Shown here piece by piece: positions 26,571-37,961 of a DNA stretch of 64,000 nt (its first letter is position 1; every line of letters starts with the position of its first letter). Under the pieces are notes generated by a model that saw only the letters and a list, made by a program, of their open reading frames with translations, had not been told where the DNA came from and searched no databases. Position numbers and translations under genes: made by a program. Source of the DNA: Macrostomum lignano (taxonomy: Eukaryota); assembly GCA_002269645.1 (NCBI GenBank), contig NIVC01000262.1, forward strand, positions 313,412-377,411, in the 5' to 3' direction.

Positions 26571-27649
26571 TCACCAGACATATGCAGAATACTAGCTACT
26601 GCTATAATCCAAAATTATATTAAAGATCTAGTTTTAAAATATGATTTCTGATTCAACAATGCAAGTTGAAAGGAAATTGATTAAGCATTTTTGTTAAAAT
26701 CAATCATATACCTAGATACCTAGATAAATATCTACCAATATACCATTTTTAGTATATAGATTTGAAAGAAAATGCATTTGAATAAAGCAAGTTGGAAAAA
26801 TGGTTTATGCATTTAGGATATAAAACTGAAATACTAGTCAGACAAACCTTAAAGATTTGGTATTTTGTGAATATTATAACTTAAAAAATTTAGCATTGTA
26901 ATTTATCCCTTATTGTATTAAATAAATGTATAAGTATTCACCTTTTATAATTCTATTATAAAGTATTATGAAGTACTATGCCACTTTATATATTGTACAA
27001 AATATATTATCTATAGAGGTTTCATAAAAATATAGATAATAAATTGCCCCCTAGCTTTGAATATAAATTGTTTTAATTTAAATTTTAAATCTTAACTTAG
27101 ACCTACTACCTACCAAACTCCAATTATACCTTATAGTCCTAGGACCTAAGGATTATTAGAACAAGAATTATTTTTTAGGTTACCAAGGCTAAAAAATTTA
27201 TATTTTAAAATTAGGCCCCATAGTTCTATAATAAAACTAAAGAATGTCTTAGAATCTTATCATAACTTCCTCCCAGCCACTCATACAAATAATTCTCATT
27301 ATAAATTATAATATATATATATAAGGCTTTATTAAATAACATTTTTACTAAATAGCTTATAGAAATTTTATAGGGCAAATATTTGCTTTCAATGTCTTTA
27401 AAATTAACTTTATCTAGTCTATAATTAGGTAAAAGGAGGATTTTAACAAAATTAACAAAATTAACAATTTGTTACTAACAAAATGCTAGCCTGACAAAGT
27501 ATTAAAAACCAATTCATAAATGAAAAACAGCAAAGTGGAAAGGTAAATAACAACTCAGATTGTATGAACTATTCAAGGTACCTATTGTAAATCATAATTG
27601 TATCTAGCCTGATGTGGAATACAAGAACTTCTTGCAACCAGTGTCAAAA

Positions 27650-27892
27650 AAGACCCCTTTCACATATCTCTCCAGTGGTCAGGAAGGAGAGAGGCGGAGG
27701 TTGGGGTGGCTGTCTCGTTGACAAAAAGCAGACAAACTTTAAAAGTACACAGTGGCTTTCAGAATTAACTTCGAGACTCGAAACTTTATACACGATTGTG
27801 TCAAAATAGTTGAAAACTGATTGTGTCCAATTTGAAGAGGATTGGTAAAGGTAAAATTGGAGCGACGCTATGCAGGACTTAGTGAAAATCTT
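27650..27892 (+). mobile_element. Partial second copy of the element at 22630-22880
   Basis: Collinear shared blocks: ggcggaggttggggtggctg, actttaaaagt.cacag.ggctttcag, tacacgattgtgtcaaaatagttgaaaa, tttgaagag, ggagcg.cgctatg. Confidence 0.6.
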
Positions 27893-28154
27893 GCTTAACT
27901 GGACAAGCAATTGTCTCTAGCTAATTACAACTTCCTGAGTTCGGCTAGCCAAATTGCTGCTTGCCGGTTTTGGTTGGATTCTCGCTAGCAGATTTCGGCT
28001 AGCAAACTTCGGTTGGCCTGATGACTTGGTACTTAAAAGTACATGTTAGTGATTTAAAAAATCATAAATATTATTCGGCTTTGGTTTTAACATTTTGCTT
28101 ACAGCTGACACTAATTGACAATTTTCATAGCAACAATAATCAGCATCATAAATC

Positions 28155-29460
28155 ATGACAAATCGCTCTCGAGATGCTAATTTCCGTCGCGTCGATGTTG
28201 ACCAGTACACTGGCGACGATGGTGGCTTCGCAGCAGCTGACGCCGCTGAACTGGATGACGCCGTGTCGCTAGCGATGTCGGATGCTGAACTGGCCGACTT
28301 GCTGGCTTCCAATGAGGCCACGGCGGCTCTGGCTGCACTGCTGGCTAAGGCGCCTGTGAATGCGCGAAGTCAGGCTGTGAAAGATCAGGCATTGGGACAG
28401 GTTGGTGTTGTTGGATTGTTGCTGATTCTCAGTGCCCCTTCAGGTGATTCTCAGTGCCCCTTCAGGTGATTCTCAGTGCTCCTTCAGGTGATTCTCAGTG
28501 CCCCTTCAGGTAATTCTTAGTGCTCCTTCAAGTGATTCTCAGTGCCCCTTCAGGTGATCTCAGTGCCTCTTCAGGTGATTCTCAGCTGCTCCTTCAGTTG
28601 ATTCTCAGCTGCCCCTTCAGGTGATTCTCAGTGCCCCTTCAGGTGATTCTCAGTGCTCCTTCAGGTGATTCTCAGTGCCCCTTTAGGTGATTCTCAGTGC
28701 CCCTTCAGGTGATTCTCAGTGCCCCTTCAGGTAATTCTCAGTGCCCCTTCAGGTGATTCTCAGTGCCCCTTCAGGTGATTCTCAGCTGCTCCTTCAGGTG
28801 ATCTCAGTGCCCCTTCAGGTGATTCTCAGTGCCCCTTCAGGTGATTCTCAGCTGCTCCTTCAGGTGATTCTCAGTGCCCCTTCAGGTGATTCTCAGCTGC
28901 TCTTTCAGGTGATCTCAGTGCCCCTTCAGGTGATTCTCAGTGCCCCTTCAGGTGATTCTCAGCTGCTCCTTCAGGTGATCTCAGTGCCCTTCAGGTGATT
29001 CTCAGTGCCCCTTCAGGTGATTCTCAGCTGCTCCTTCAGGTGATCTTAGTGCTCCTTCAGGTGATTCTCAGCTGCTCCTTTAGGTGATTCTCAGTGCCCC
29101 TTCAGGTGATTCTCAGTGCCCCTTCAGGTGATTGTCAGTGCCCCTTCAGGTGATTCTCCCCTCTTGAATTCGCACCCGTCTTGAATGGTTTTTTGAGTTC
29201 TTCCTTAAGGCTTTCACATCTCACATCATCCCTCACAGGTGCTCCGAGTCCTGATGCACGTTCGCGGCGCCAATGGCATTGAAAGCTGCATCGCCGCTCT
29301 GCCGGAGCCCCTGCTGGACCCCCTGATGAAGTACATCTATCGCGGCTTTGAGGTCATCCAGGACAATCACGCGCACCTGTTGACTTGGCACGAGAAGGCG
29401 GTGGCTAAGGGTCAGATTGGCTGCGTTGTACGGGCGCTCACTGACAGGAAGCGAGTGTAG
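28155..29460 (+). CDS. ARPC5: Actin-related protein 2/3 complex subunit 5 (p16-Arc), 2 exons, 155 aa
   Basis: Exons 28155-28400 and 29239-29460 (phase 0, cag|gttggt ... cctcacag|gtg). Motifs FRRVDVDQY, AP(VN)...VKDQA, LDPLMKYIYRGFE, LLTWHEKAV...GCVVRALTDRKRV. Confidence 0.93.
28422..29157. repeat. 22-bp minisatellite filling the ARPC5 intron
   Basis: Unit gattctcagtgccccttcaggt, roughly 33 copies. Confidence 0.93.
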
Positions 29461-29624
29461 CTGGGGCTGGCTGCGAGCTACCCCACTGTCTATTTAACCA
29501 TTGTGTGCCCCTTGTAGTGCGCTGGTTTTATTGATAGTTCAACTAGTATTTCTATTGAGTTATTTCATTATCTGCTTATAGTATGAGGGACCAAATTAGC
29601 ATATGACAGTGAATATGCCTACAC

Positions 29625-30180
29625 TGACACACGCTGGTTCCTATCTGACAACCCTATAACCCATCTGACACCCCTATTATCTCTCTGACACCCGCTTGTT
29701 CCTATCTGACAACCCTATAACCTATCTGACACCCGCTGGTTCCTATCTGACAACCCTATAACCCATCTGACACCCGCTGGTTCCTATCTGACAACCCAGT
29801 TACCTATCTGACACCCGCTGGTTCCTATCTGATAACTCTATAACCCATCTGACACCCCAATTACCTATCTGACATCCTCTATTACCTTTCTGACACCCTT
29901 ATTAACTAGATGACACCCTCTATTACCTATCTGACACCCGCTGGTTCCAATTACCTATCTGACATCCTCTATTACCTTTCTGACACCCTTATTAACTAGA
30001 TGACACCCTCTATTACCTATCTGACACCCGCTGGCTGACAACCCTATTACCTATCTGACACCCTCTATTACCTATCTGACACCCGCTGGTTCCTATCTGC
30101 CGCCCCTATTAGCTATCTGACACCCTCTATTACCTATCTAACATCTGACAACCCCGTTAATTACCCTGACACCTCTACAC
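29625..30180. repeat. Degenerate about 41-bp repeat 3' of ARPC5
   Basis: acacccgctggttcctatctgacaaccctataacccatctg-like units. Confidence 0.8.
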
Positions 30181-30854
30181 TTAGCACCTTGTTCCCTACA
30201 CAACATATATACTTATAGTAAATACAAGTGTTGCTTTATGTAAACAGTTATTAAATGCCTGGGTATCTGGTTTAGATATTAAATTATTATATGCTATATA
30301 TGCATTAATGCTTAAGTCCTATCATGTTAATTAATTGTTTATTTTGTTATACTAATGCTAATACTGCAATCATGTAGCCATTTCAACTGATTCAAAAATG
30401 AACGTTCGAGTTATAGAAGCGATCTATGATTTACACCAAGTGATTGCTCATTCCCAATCATCGTTATGTTTGTACACAAAATCAACTTCTAATTTAATAC
30501 TGTGTGCATGCTTTATCTGTGCGCTTGACGATTTCTTCTTACAAGCTATATCTAAATTTAGTTACATATATAAGGACTCAGTGTAATCTGTGTAAGGACC
30601 CTGAATGAGTTCGTCTTAATTTCTGCTTGAACAAAAAATTATTGCTCACTTGTGCATTGCTGCTTTCCTTTTAATAATAATTCAACTGAAACCCTATTAA
30701 TGAGTGAGCACTTTTGAGTCTGTTGATTTTTTTGTTGGTTTTTTAATTTGTTGTTTTTAGCTGTTAAATTTTAGATTTTTAGAATTTTAGAAATTTTGGC
30801 GCATTACAGCACTGTGCTAGACCACTGGATTACATGTTTAAATGTCAGTTTTAA

Positions 30855-31490
30855 ACGGATGTCAGGTTTCAAGGATGTCAGGTTTCAAGGATGTCAGGTT
30901 TCAAGGATGTCAGGTTTCAAGGATGTCAGGTTTCAAGGATGTCAGGTTTCAAGGATGTCAGGTTTCAAGGATGTCAGGTTTCAAGGATGTCAGGTTTCAA
31001 GGATGTCAGGTTTCAAGGATGTCAGGTTTCAAGGATGTCAGGTTTCAAGGATGTCAGATTTCAGGGATGTCGGTTTCAAGGATGTCAAATTTCAAGAATG
31101 TCAGGTTTCAGGGATGTCAGGTTTCAGGGATGTCAGGTTTTAAGGATGTCAGACTGTAAGGATGTCAGGTTTCAAGGAGTTCAGGTTTCAAGGATGTCAG
31201 ATTTTAAGGGTGTCAGGTTTCAAGGATGCCAGGATTCAAGGATGTCAGATTTCAAGGATGTCAGGTTTCAGGGATGTCAGGTTTCAGGGATGTCAGGTTT
31301 CAGGGATGTCAGATTTCAAGGATGTCAGGTTTCAAGGATGTCAGGTTTCAAGGATGTCAGGTTTCAAGAATGCTAGATTTAAATGGATGTCAGATTTCAA
31401 GGGTGTCAGGTTTCAAGGATGTCAGGTTTCAGGGATGTCAGTTTTCAAGGATGTCAGGTTTCAAGGATGTCAGGTTTCAGGGATGTCAGA
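30855..31490. repeat. 16-bp minisatellite immediately upstream of the CEP85-like ATG
   Basis: Unit caaggatgtcaggttt. Confidence 0.93.
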
Positions 31491-31511
31491 CTTGAGCCTA
31501 TCAATCATTTC

Positions 31512-34500
31512 ATGATCACCGCTACGGCAGCAACGGACTCGCCAACAGAAATTGCCGGCGGCGGCTGCGGCGCCGACCCGCTAGCTGATATTCTCAATCG
31601 ACAGCGTCGGCACGAACAGCTGATGTCGCAGAAGCGACTGGCTGCCGCTCCGATGCTTGGCTACAGCTCAGCTGATCAGCCAGAAGTTGATTGCAGTGGG
31701 CCTTCCAATCAGCTGATGGACCGACAGAAAGCTCAGATCTTGCATCTGGAGGAGGCAAACAGGCGCCTGCTGGCAATGCGCTTAGCTGGGAATAATCATA
31801 ATCATCATCATCATGTTGCTGCTGATGAAGCGTCTGCTAACTCGGCAGCTGGAACATTTTTAAGGCAACACGCTAGAGATTTGGCCTACGAGAATGCCGC
31901 CCTGCGAAGTCGGATAGACAGTCTGACTGCCGAGCTGGCCAGGTAGTTTAATGTTGGCTGCAAAACCGTTTATAACCTGTTGGTTGCGGTCACGACTGTT
32001 CACTGACTGCTATGACCCTTTACTGACAGATTACTTTGAACTGACTCATGACTCTTAAATGACTGCTATGACTCTTGAATGACTACTATGGCTCTTAATG
32101 ACTATTATGACCGCTCACTGACTGCTATGACTGTTCACTGACTGCTATGACTCTTGAATCATTGCTATGACTCTTAAATGACTGCTATGACTCTTGAATG
32201 ACTACTATGGCTCTTAATGACTATTATGACCGCTCACTGACTGCTATGACTGTTCACTGACTGATATGACTCTTGAATGACTGCTATGACTGCTTACTGA
32301 CGGCTATCACTATTCACTGACCGCCATGACCGCTCACTGACTTATGACTCTCATTGTCTTCTGTAACTCTGAACTGACTCCCTAACGACCACCATAGCTC
32401 CGATCCATGATTGCCCGCTCACTCCATCATTCCAATTGCAAAATCCGGTATTCCCGCCATCTTCATCACGCCAGACAAAGCGCCGAGTTCGAGCAGAAAC
32501 TCGCAGCAGCCGAATACGCCGCGGCTCAAGCCGAAGAGGCTGCAACTGTCGCAGCCTCCAAAGCCAACAAAAAACTAGCAAAAGAAGCCGCCACCGCGTC
32601 GGACCTGGAGTCCCAATTTGCCGCCGAAACTGATCGCCGAGAAACTGCCGAACGCGAGCTGGCTAAGTGCAGACGGGAGCAGCGGGATCTGGAAGACTTT
32701 CTGGCCCAATTTCCCACCTTGGAGGAGGTGGCTAAATTGAAATCGGATCGCGCCAGGCTGCTCGCCAGGTCCAGGAAGTATAAGCAGCGATGCGCCACGC
32801 AGAATCAGCGCCTGGATGAGCAGGTTTGTACTTGCTGACTCTGCACTGAGTCATGTGACACCTTACTGACTCATAGCATATGACACCTCATTAACTCATA
32901 TCATATTAAACCTCACTGACTCATAGCATATGACACCTCACTGACTCATAGCATATGACACCTCACTGACTCATATCATGTGACACCTCACTGACTCATA
33001 GCATATGACACCTCACTGACTCATCATATGACACCTCACTGACTCATAGCATATGACACCTCACTGACTCATAGCATATGACACCTCACTGACTCATAGC
33101 ATATGACACCTCACTGACTCATAGCATATGACACCTCACTGACTCAAATCATGACACCTCACTGACTCATATCATGTGACACCTCACTGACTCATAGCAT
33201 ATGACACCTCACTGACTCAAATCATGACACCTCACTGACTCATATCATGTGACTCCTCACTGACTCATATCATATGACTCCTCACTGACTCATATCATTT
33301 GACTCCTCACTGACTCATATCATTTGACTCCTCACTGACTCATATCATGACTCCTCACTGACTCATATCATGACTCCTCACTGACTCATATCATGTGACA
33401 CCTCACTGACTCATGACACCTGTCTGACTTTCTATGACTCGTGTGGCACTTAGCTTGTAAATGGCACCATGACTCATCACACTAATAACACATTACTGAC
33501 TAATAGGACATCTTATTTATGGTCTTATTTAATGCCTTTTCAGGCCAAGCAGCTCTCGGAGCAGCAAGTAGCCAACGAGAGACTCACGGACACTGTTGCC
33601 GAGTTGCGTCAGCACGTCAGCGTCCTTAGCAACCGTTTACAATCGCCCGCTGCTGTCGACGACCAATCAGCTGAGCCTCGTGACTTAATTGCCGATTTGA
33701 AGGCCGAAGCAGCTCGGCACAGTCGAAGATACGACGATTGTCGGCGAGTGCTGGCTGACCGGCAGGCTCAGCTGGCCTCGGTCAAAGCTGAGCTGGAGCG
33801 ATGTCGGACTGACTGCTCAGCTAGGCTGGCCGAGAAGGAGGCTGCGCTCAGCTCTGCGCGAGGCGCGACATCGGAATTGCAACGGGATCTGGGAAAATTG
33901 CAACGCCAATTGCTGGACTGCATGGCGGAGAAACAGGTTGGAGAGCTGGATGAGACTATGACAGACTCTGGTTCCATGACTGACTCTATGACTGATTTCA
34001 TGACTGGTTCTATGACCCATTCCATGACTGAGACTATGACTGATTCTGTGACTGATTCCATGACTGATTATATGACGGAATTTATAATTTATTATTTGAC
34101 TGAATTTACGACTGATTCCATGACTGACTCTATGACTGATCCTATGACTGATTCTATGTATGCTTAAATAACTGACTCCATGACTGTGACTCCATGACTC
34201 CACGACTATTTAGATGACCGACGGCTCCATTACTGTTTAGATAACCGAATCTATCTATGACTGTTTATATGACCAACTCTATGACTGTTTATGTGACCGA
34301 ATCTATGACTGTTTATGTGACCGAATCTATGACTGTTTATATGACCGAATCTATGACTGTTTATGTGACCGAATCTATGACTGTTTATGTGACCGAATCT
34401 ATGACTGTTTATATGACCGAATCTATGACTGTTTATGTGACCGAATCTATGACTGTTTATATGACCAACTCTATGACTGTTTATGTGACCGAATCTATGA

Positions 34501-35699
34501 CTGTTTATGTGACCGAATCTATGACTGTTTATGTGACCGAATCTATGACTGTTTATGTGACCGAATCTATGACTGTTTATATGACCAACTCTATGACTGT
34601 TTATGTGACCGAATCTATGACTGTTTATATGACCGAATCTATGACTGTTTATGTGACCGAATCTATGACTGTTTATATGACCAACTCTATGACTGTTTAT
34701 GTGACCGAATATATGACTGTTTATGTGACCGAATCTATGACTGTTTATATGACCAACTCTATGACTGTTTATGTGACCGAATATATGACTGTTTATATGA
34801 CCAACTCTATGACTGTTTATGTGACCGAATCTATGACTGTTTATATGACCGAATCTATGACTGTTTATATGACCAACTCTATGACTGTTTATGTGACCGA
34901 ATATATGACTGTTTTTATGACCAACTCTATGACTGTTTAGTTTGTGACCGAATCTATGACTGTTTATATGACATGCTCTATGACTGTTTAAATGACCTAC
35001 TTTATGACTGTGTGCATGACTGACTCCATGACTTTTTAGATGATCGACTCTATGACTGTATTTAAGACCGAATTTATGACTGTGTTTATGACCGACTTTA
35101 TGACTGTGTTTATGACCGACTTTATGACTGTGTTTATGACCGACTTTATGACTGAATCCATGACTGTTCATATAAACGAATATGACTGTTTATATGACCA
35201 AATGTATCACTCTTTATATGACCGACTCTTTTGTAAATAATCAATCCCCTTGACCCCGCGCCAGTCGCTCCTATCTGAGCTGGTCTCGGCCAGAGCCAAA
35301 GCCAATCGGCTCGACCAGCTCACCGACGCCGGCTGGCGACGAGCCCGACAACGGCTGGCTCGCGAGACAGGCTCAGCCGTTGACGAGTTGACAAGTTTTG
35401 TTGAACTGTGCAGCCAGCTAGCGGACGGTCGGGAGCCGGACCTGGGCCTGCTGTTCCTGCCTGGCAGCTCTGCTGAGGACGGTGTCGCAGGTGGCAAGCA
35501 GTGCGAATCTGCTGACGAGATCGAAGATCAACAACAACAGCAGCAGCAGGTCGACGCTCAGGCTGGAACTGCCGCTGTTTTAGCCGAGATGGAGCGAGTT
35601 CGAGCTTTGCGGCGGAGGCTGGATGCGGCCAGACGGGCTGTGGCTGCCCGGTATGCAGATCAGCTCAGCGGCCAGCTGCAGAGCTGCCTGGTGCAGTAA
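31512..35699 (+). CDS. CEP85/CEP85L-like centrosomal coiled-coil protein, 4 exons
   Basis: Exons 31512-31942, 32475-32823, 33544-33936, 35265-35699 with compatible phases. Coiled-coil throughout; DLEDFLAQFPTLEE and C-terminal LADGREPDLGLL...RYADQLSGQLQSCLVQ* resemble CEP85-family motifs. True start uncertain; an upstream exon is possible. Confidence 0.7.
31995..32350. repeat. TGAC-rich degenerate minisatellite, CEP85-like intron 1
   Basis: tgactgctatgactcttgaa-like units. Confidence 0.8.
32855..33420. repeat. 25-bp minisatellite, CEP85-like intron 2
   Basis: Unit tgacacctcactgactcatagcata. Confidence 0.9.
33955..35210. repeat. 12/24-bp minisatellite, CEP85-like intron 3
   Basis: Unit atgactgtttatgtgaccgaatct, preceded by atgactgactct-type units. 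Confidence 0.92.
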
Positions 35700-35779
35700 C
35701 TGGGCAGCGGCTGCGTGTGTAAATATTCACTCCAGCTTTGCTCCATTCTAAAATAGACATTCCGAATTCGGATCCAGAT

Positions 35780-36370
35780 CCTCGGTTGCTAAGCCGCCAG
35801 CCTCTCAGATCCCCAGTTGCTGGGCTACCAGCCTCCCAGATCCTCGGTTGCTAAGCCGCCAGCCTCCCAGATCCTCAGTTGCTGGGTCATCAGCCTTCCA
35901 GATCCTCAGTTGCTGGGCCACCAGCCTCCCAGATCCCCAGTTGCTGGGCCACCAGCCTCCCAGCCTCCCAGATCCTCAGTTGCTGGGCCAGCCCCCCAGA
36001 TCCCCAGTTGCTGGGCCACCAGCCTCCCAGATCCTCGGTTGCTGGGCCACCAGCCTCCCAGATCCTCAGTTGCTGGGCCAGCCTCCCAGATCCCCAGTTG
36101 CTGGGCCACCAGCCTCCCAGATCCCCAGTTGCTGGGCCACCAGCCTCCCAGATCCTCGGTTGCTGGGCCACCAGCCTCCCAGATCCTCAGTTGCTGGGCC
36201 AGCCTCCCAGATTCTCAGTTGCTGGGCCACCAGCTTCCCAGATCCCCAGTTGCTGGGCCACCAGCCTCCCAGATCCTCAGTTGCTGGGCCACCAGCCTCC
36301 CAGATCCTCAGTTGCTGGGCCACCAGCCTCCCAGATCCTCGGTTGCTGGGCCAACAGCCTCCCAGATCCT
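35780..36370 (+). repeat. CAGATCC(T/C)CAGTTGCTGGG-family minisatellite 3' of the CEP85-like stop
   Basis: Unit cagcctcccagatcctcagttgctgggccac. Confidence 0.92.
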
Positions 36371-36969
36371 GGGCTTTATCGCATCTGAAGTTTATGCTCC
36401 TGCTGCTGCTGTAATATAGCAGTTTTTATTAACGTTTTGCTCTGTACATATGCTACTTACTGAGCGCCTCAGTATTTCAGTAGTAACTGCTGCGTAATAC
36501 AGAGCCACATCTTCTCAATTCGCTTTTAAAGTGTGCCGGTCGCGTGCGTATTTCATATTTAATTAGCACCCTCCTGTCTGAGACTTGGCTGCTAGTTTAT
36601 GATTTATTGCCGTCCTCAAAATGAACTTCAAAGTCAGGTAAATTAAATAAAAATCTTCACAGTTTTACAAAGAATACTGCATCCATTCAAATATCACCGA
36701 TGTTACTATTGCAGTGTCTGCAGTGCTACACTTGATTTTGCCTGACAAATCAATCAATCAATCAATCAATACACCAAATCAGTCAATTAATTGTCTATTG
36801 ACATAAACTAGCAAATAAAGCACTGTGTTTCTGTCGATGATTTCAAATTTCTTTTTTGTTCGCTGCTTTGTCATAGCGTTTTTATTTATTTATGAAATTT
36901 TGAAATTTTTATAATAAAACTGGTGTGTAGGATATGAATAAATTGAAACGATTTTAAGGGTTTTTAAAT

Positions 36970-37490
36970 TTCTCGAGCTCAAAATCTTCTTAAGCTTAAA
37001 ACTTCTCAAGCTCGAAGCTTCTAAAGCTCAAAACTTCTTAAGCTCAAAAATTCTTAAGCTCAACACTTCTCAAGCTCAAAACCTTCTCAAGCTCAAAACC
37101 TTCTCAAGCTCAAAACCTTCTCAAGCTTGAAGCTTCTAAAGCTCAAAACCTTCTCAAGCTTGAAGCTTCTAAAGCTCAAAACCTTCTCAAGCTCAAAACC
37201 TTCTCAAGCTCAAAACTTCTCAAGCTCAAAACTTCTCAAGCTCAAAACCTTCTCAAGCTCAAAACTTCTCAAGCTCAAAACCTTCTCAAGCTCAAAACCT
37301 TCTCAAGCTCTAAACTCATCAAGCTCAAAACCTGAAGTTCAAAACCTTCTCAATCTCAAAACTCATCAAGCTCAAAACTCATCAAGCTCAAAACAAAACT
37401 CATCAAGCTCAAAACCTGAAGTTCAAAACCTTCTCAAGCTCTAAGCTCTCAAGCTCAAAACTTCTCAAACTCGATGCTTGACAAGCTAAA
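36970..37490. repeat. 17-bp minisatellite between CEP85-like and BRCA2
   Basis: Unit tcaagctcaaaaccttc. Confidence 0.9.
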
Positions 37491-37961
37491 AAAATTCTTG
37501 AGTTCGATAATAAACATCGTCAAAAAATCTTCCTAGGCACTGTCACTAGCCCAATTTGCTAAAAAGCTTCACGATTTCGACAATGCAAAATTATTGTAAA
37601 AGGGACTGCAAGTTTATTACCATGCACTACAGTGTTGTCTGGCACAACTGGCATTAATTGACTTCAGCTGTCTATTTGCACTCGCATAGCAACAATCTAC
37701 GAGTAGATAATATGACTTATGCAATGTAGGATTAACAGAAAAGTAATTAAAACACCGAGCACAACTCAGATCAGAATATAATTACCTCACGGATACATCT
37801 TCAGTCATATTTTTTTGAGGAAATTCAATGGCACTCGTGTGTACTTATCGTACTTATATACTACTTTCAGCGACCAAGAATCAATCTCTAACAAGTACCA
37901 GACTGCCTACTAACCCGCACCGATCTCTAAAAATAGTGCATAGCAACTAAATAGCAATCGA

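Noticed and set aside
30796-31515. MSGFKDVRFQGCQVSR repeat ORFs
   Set aside because: Translation of a 16-bp minisatellite.
34251-35240. HINSHRFG / MTVYVTES repeat ORFs
   Set aside because: 24-bp intronic minisatellite of the CEP85-like gene.
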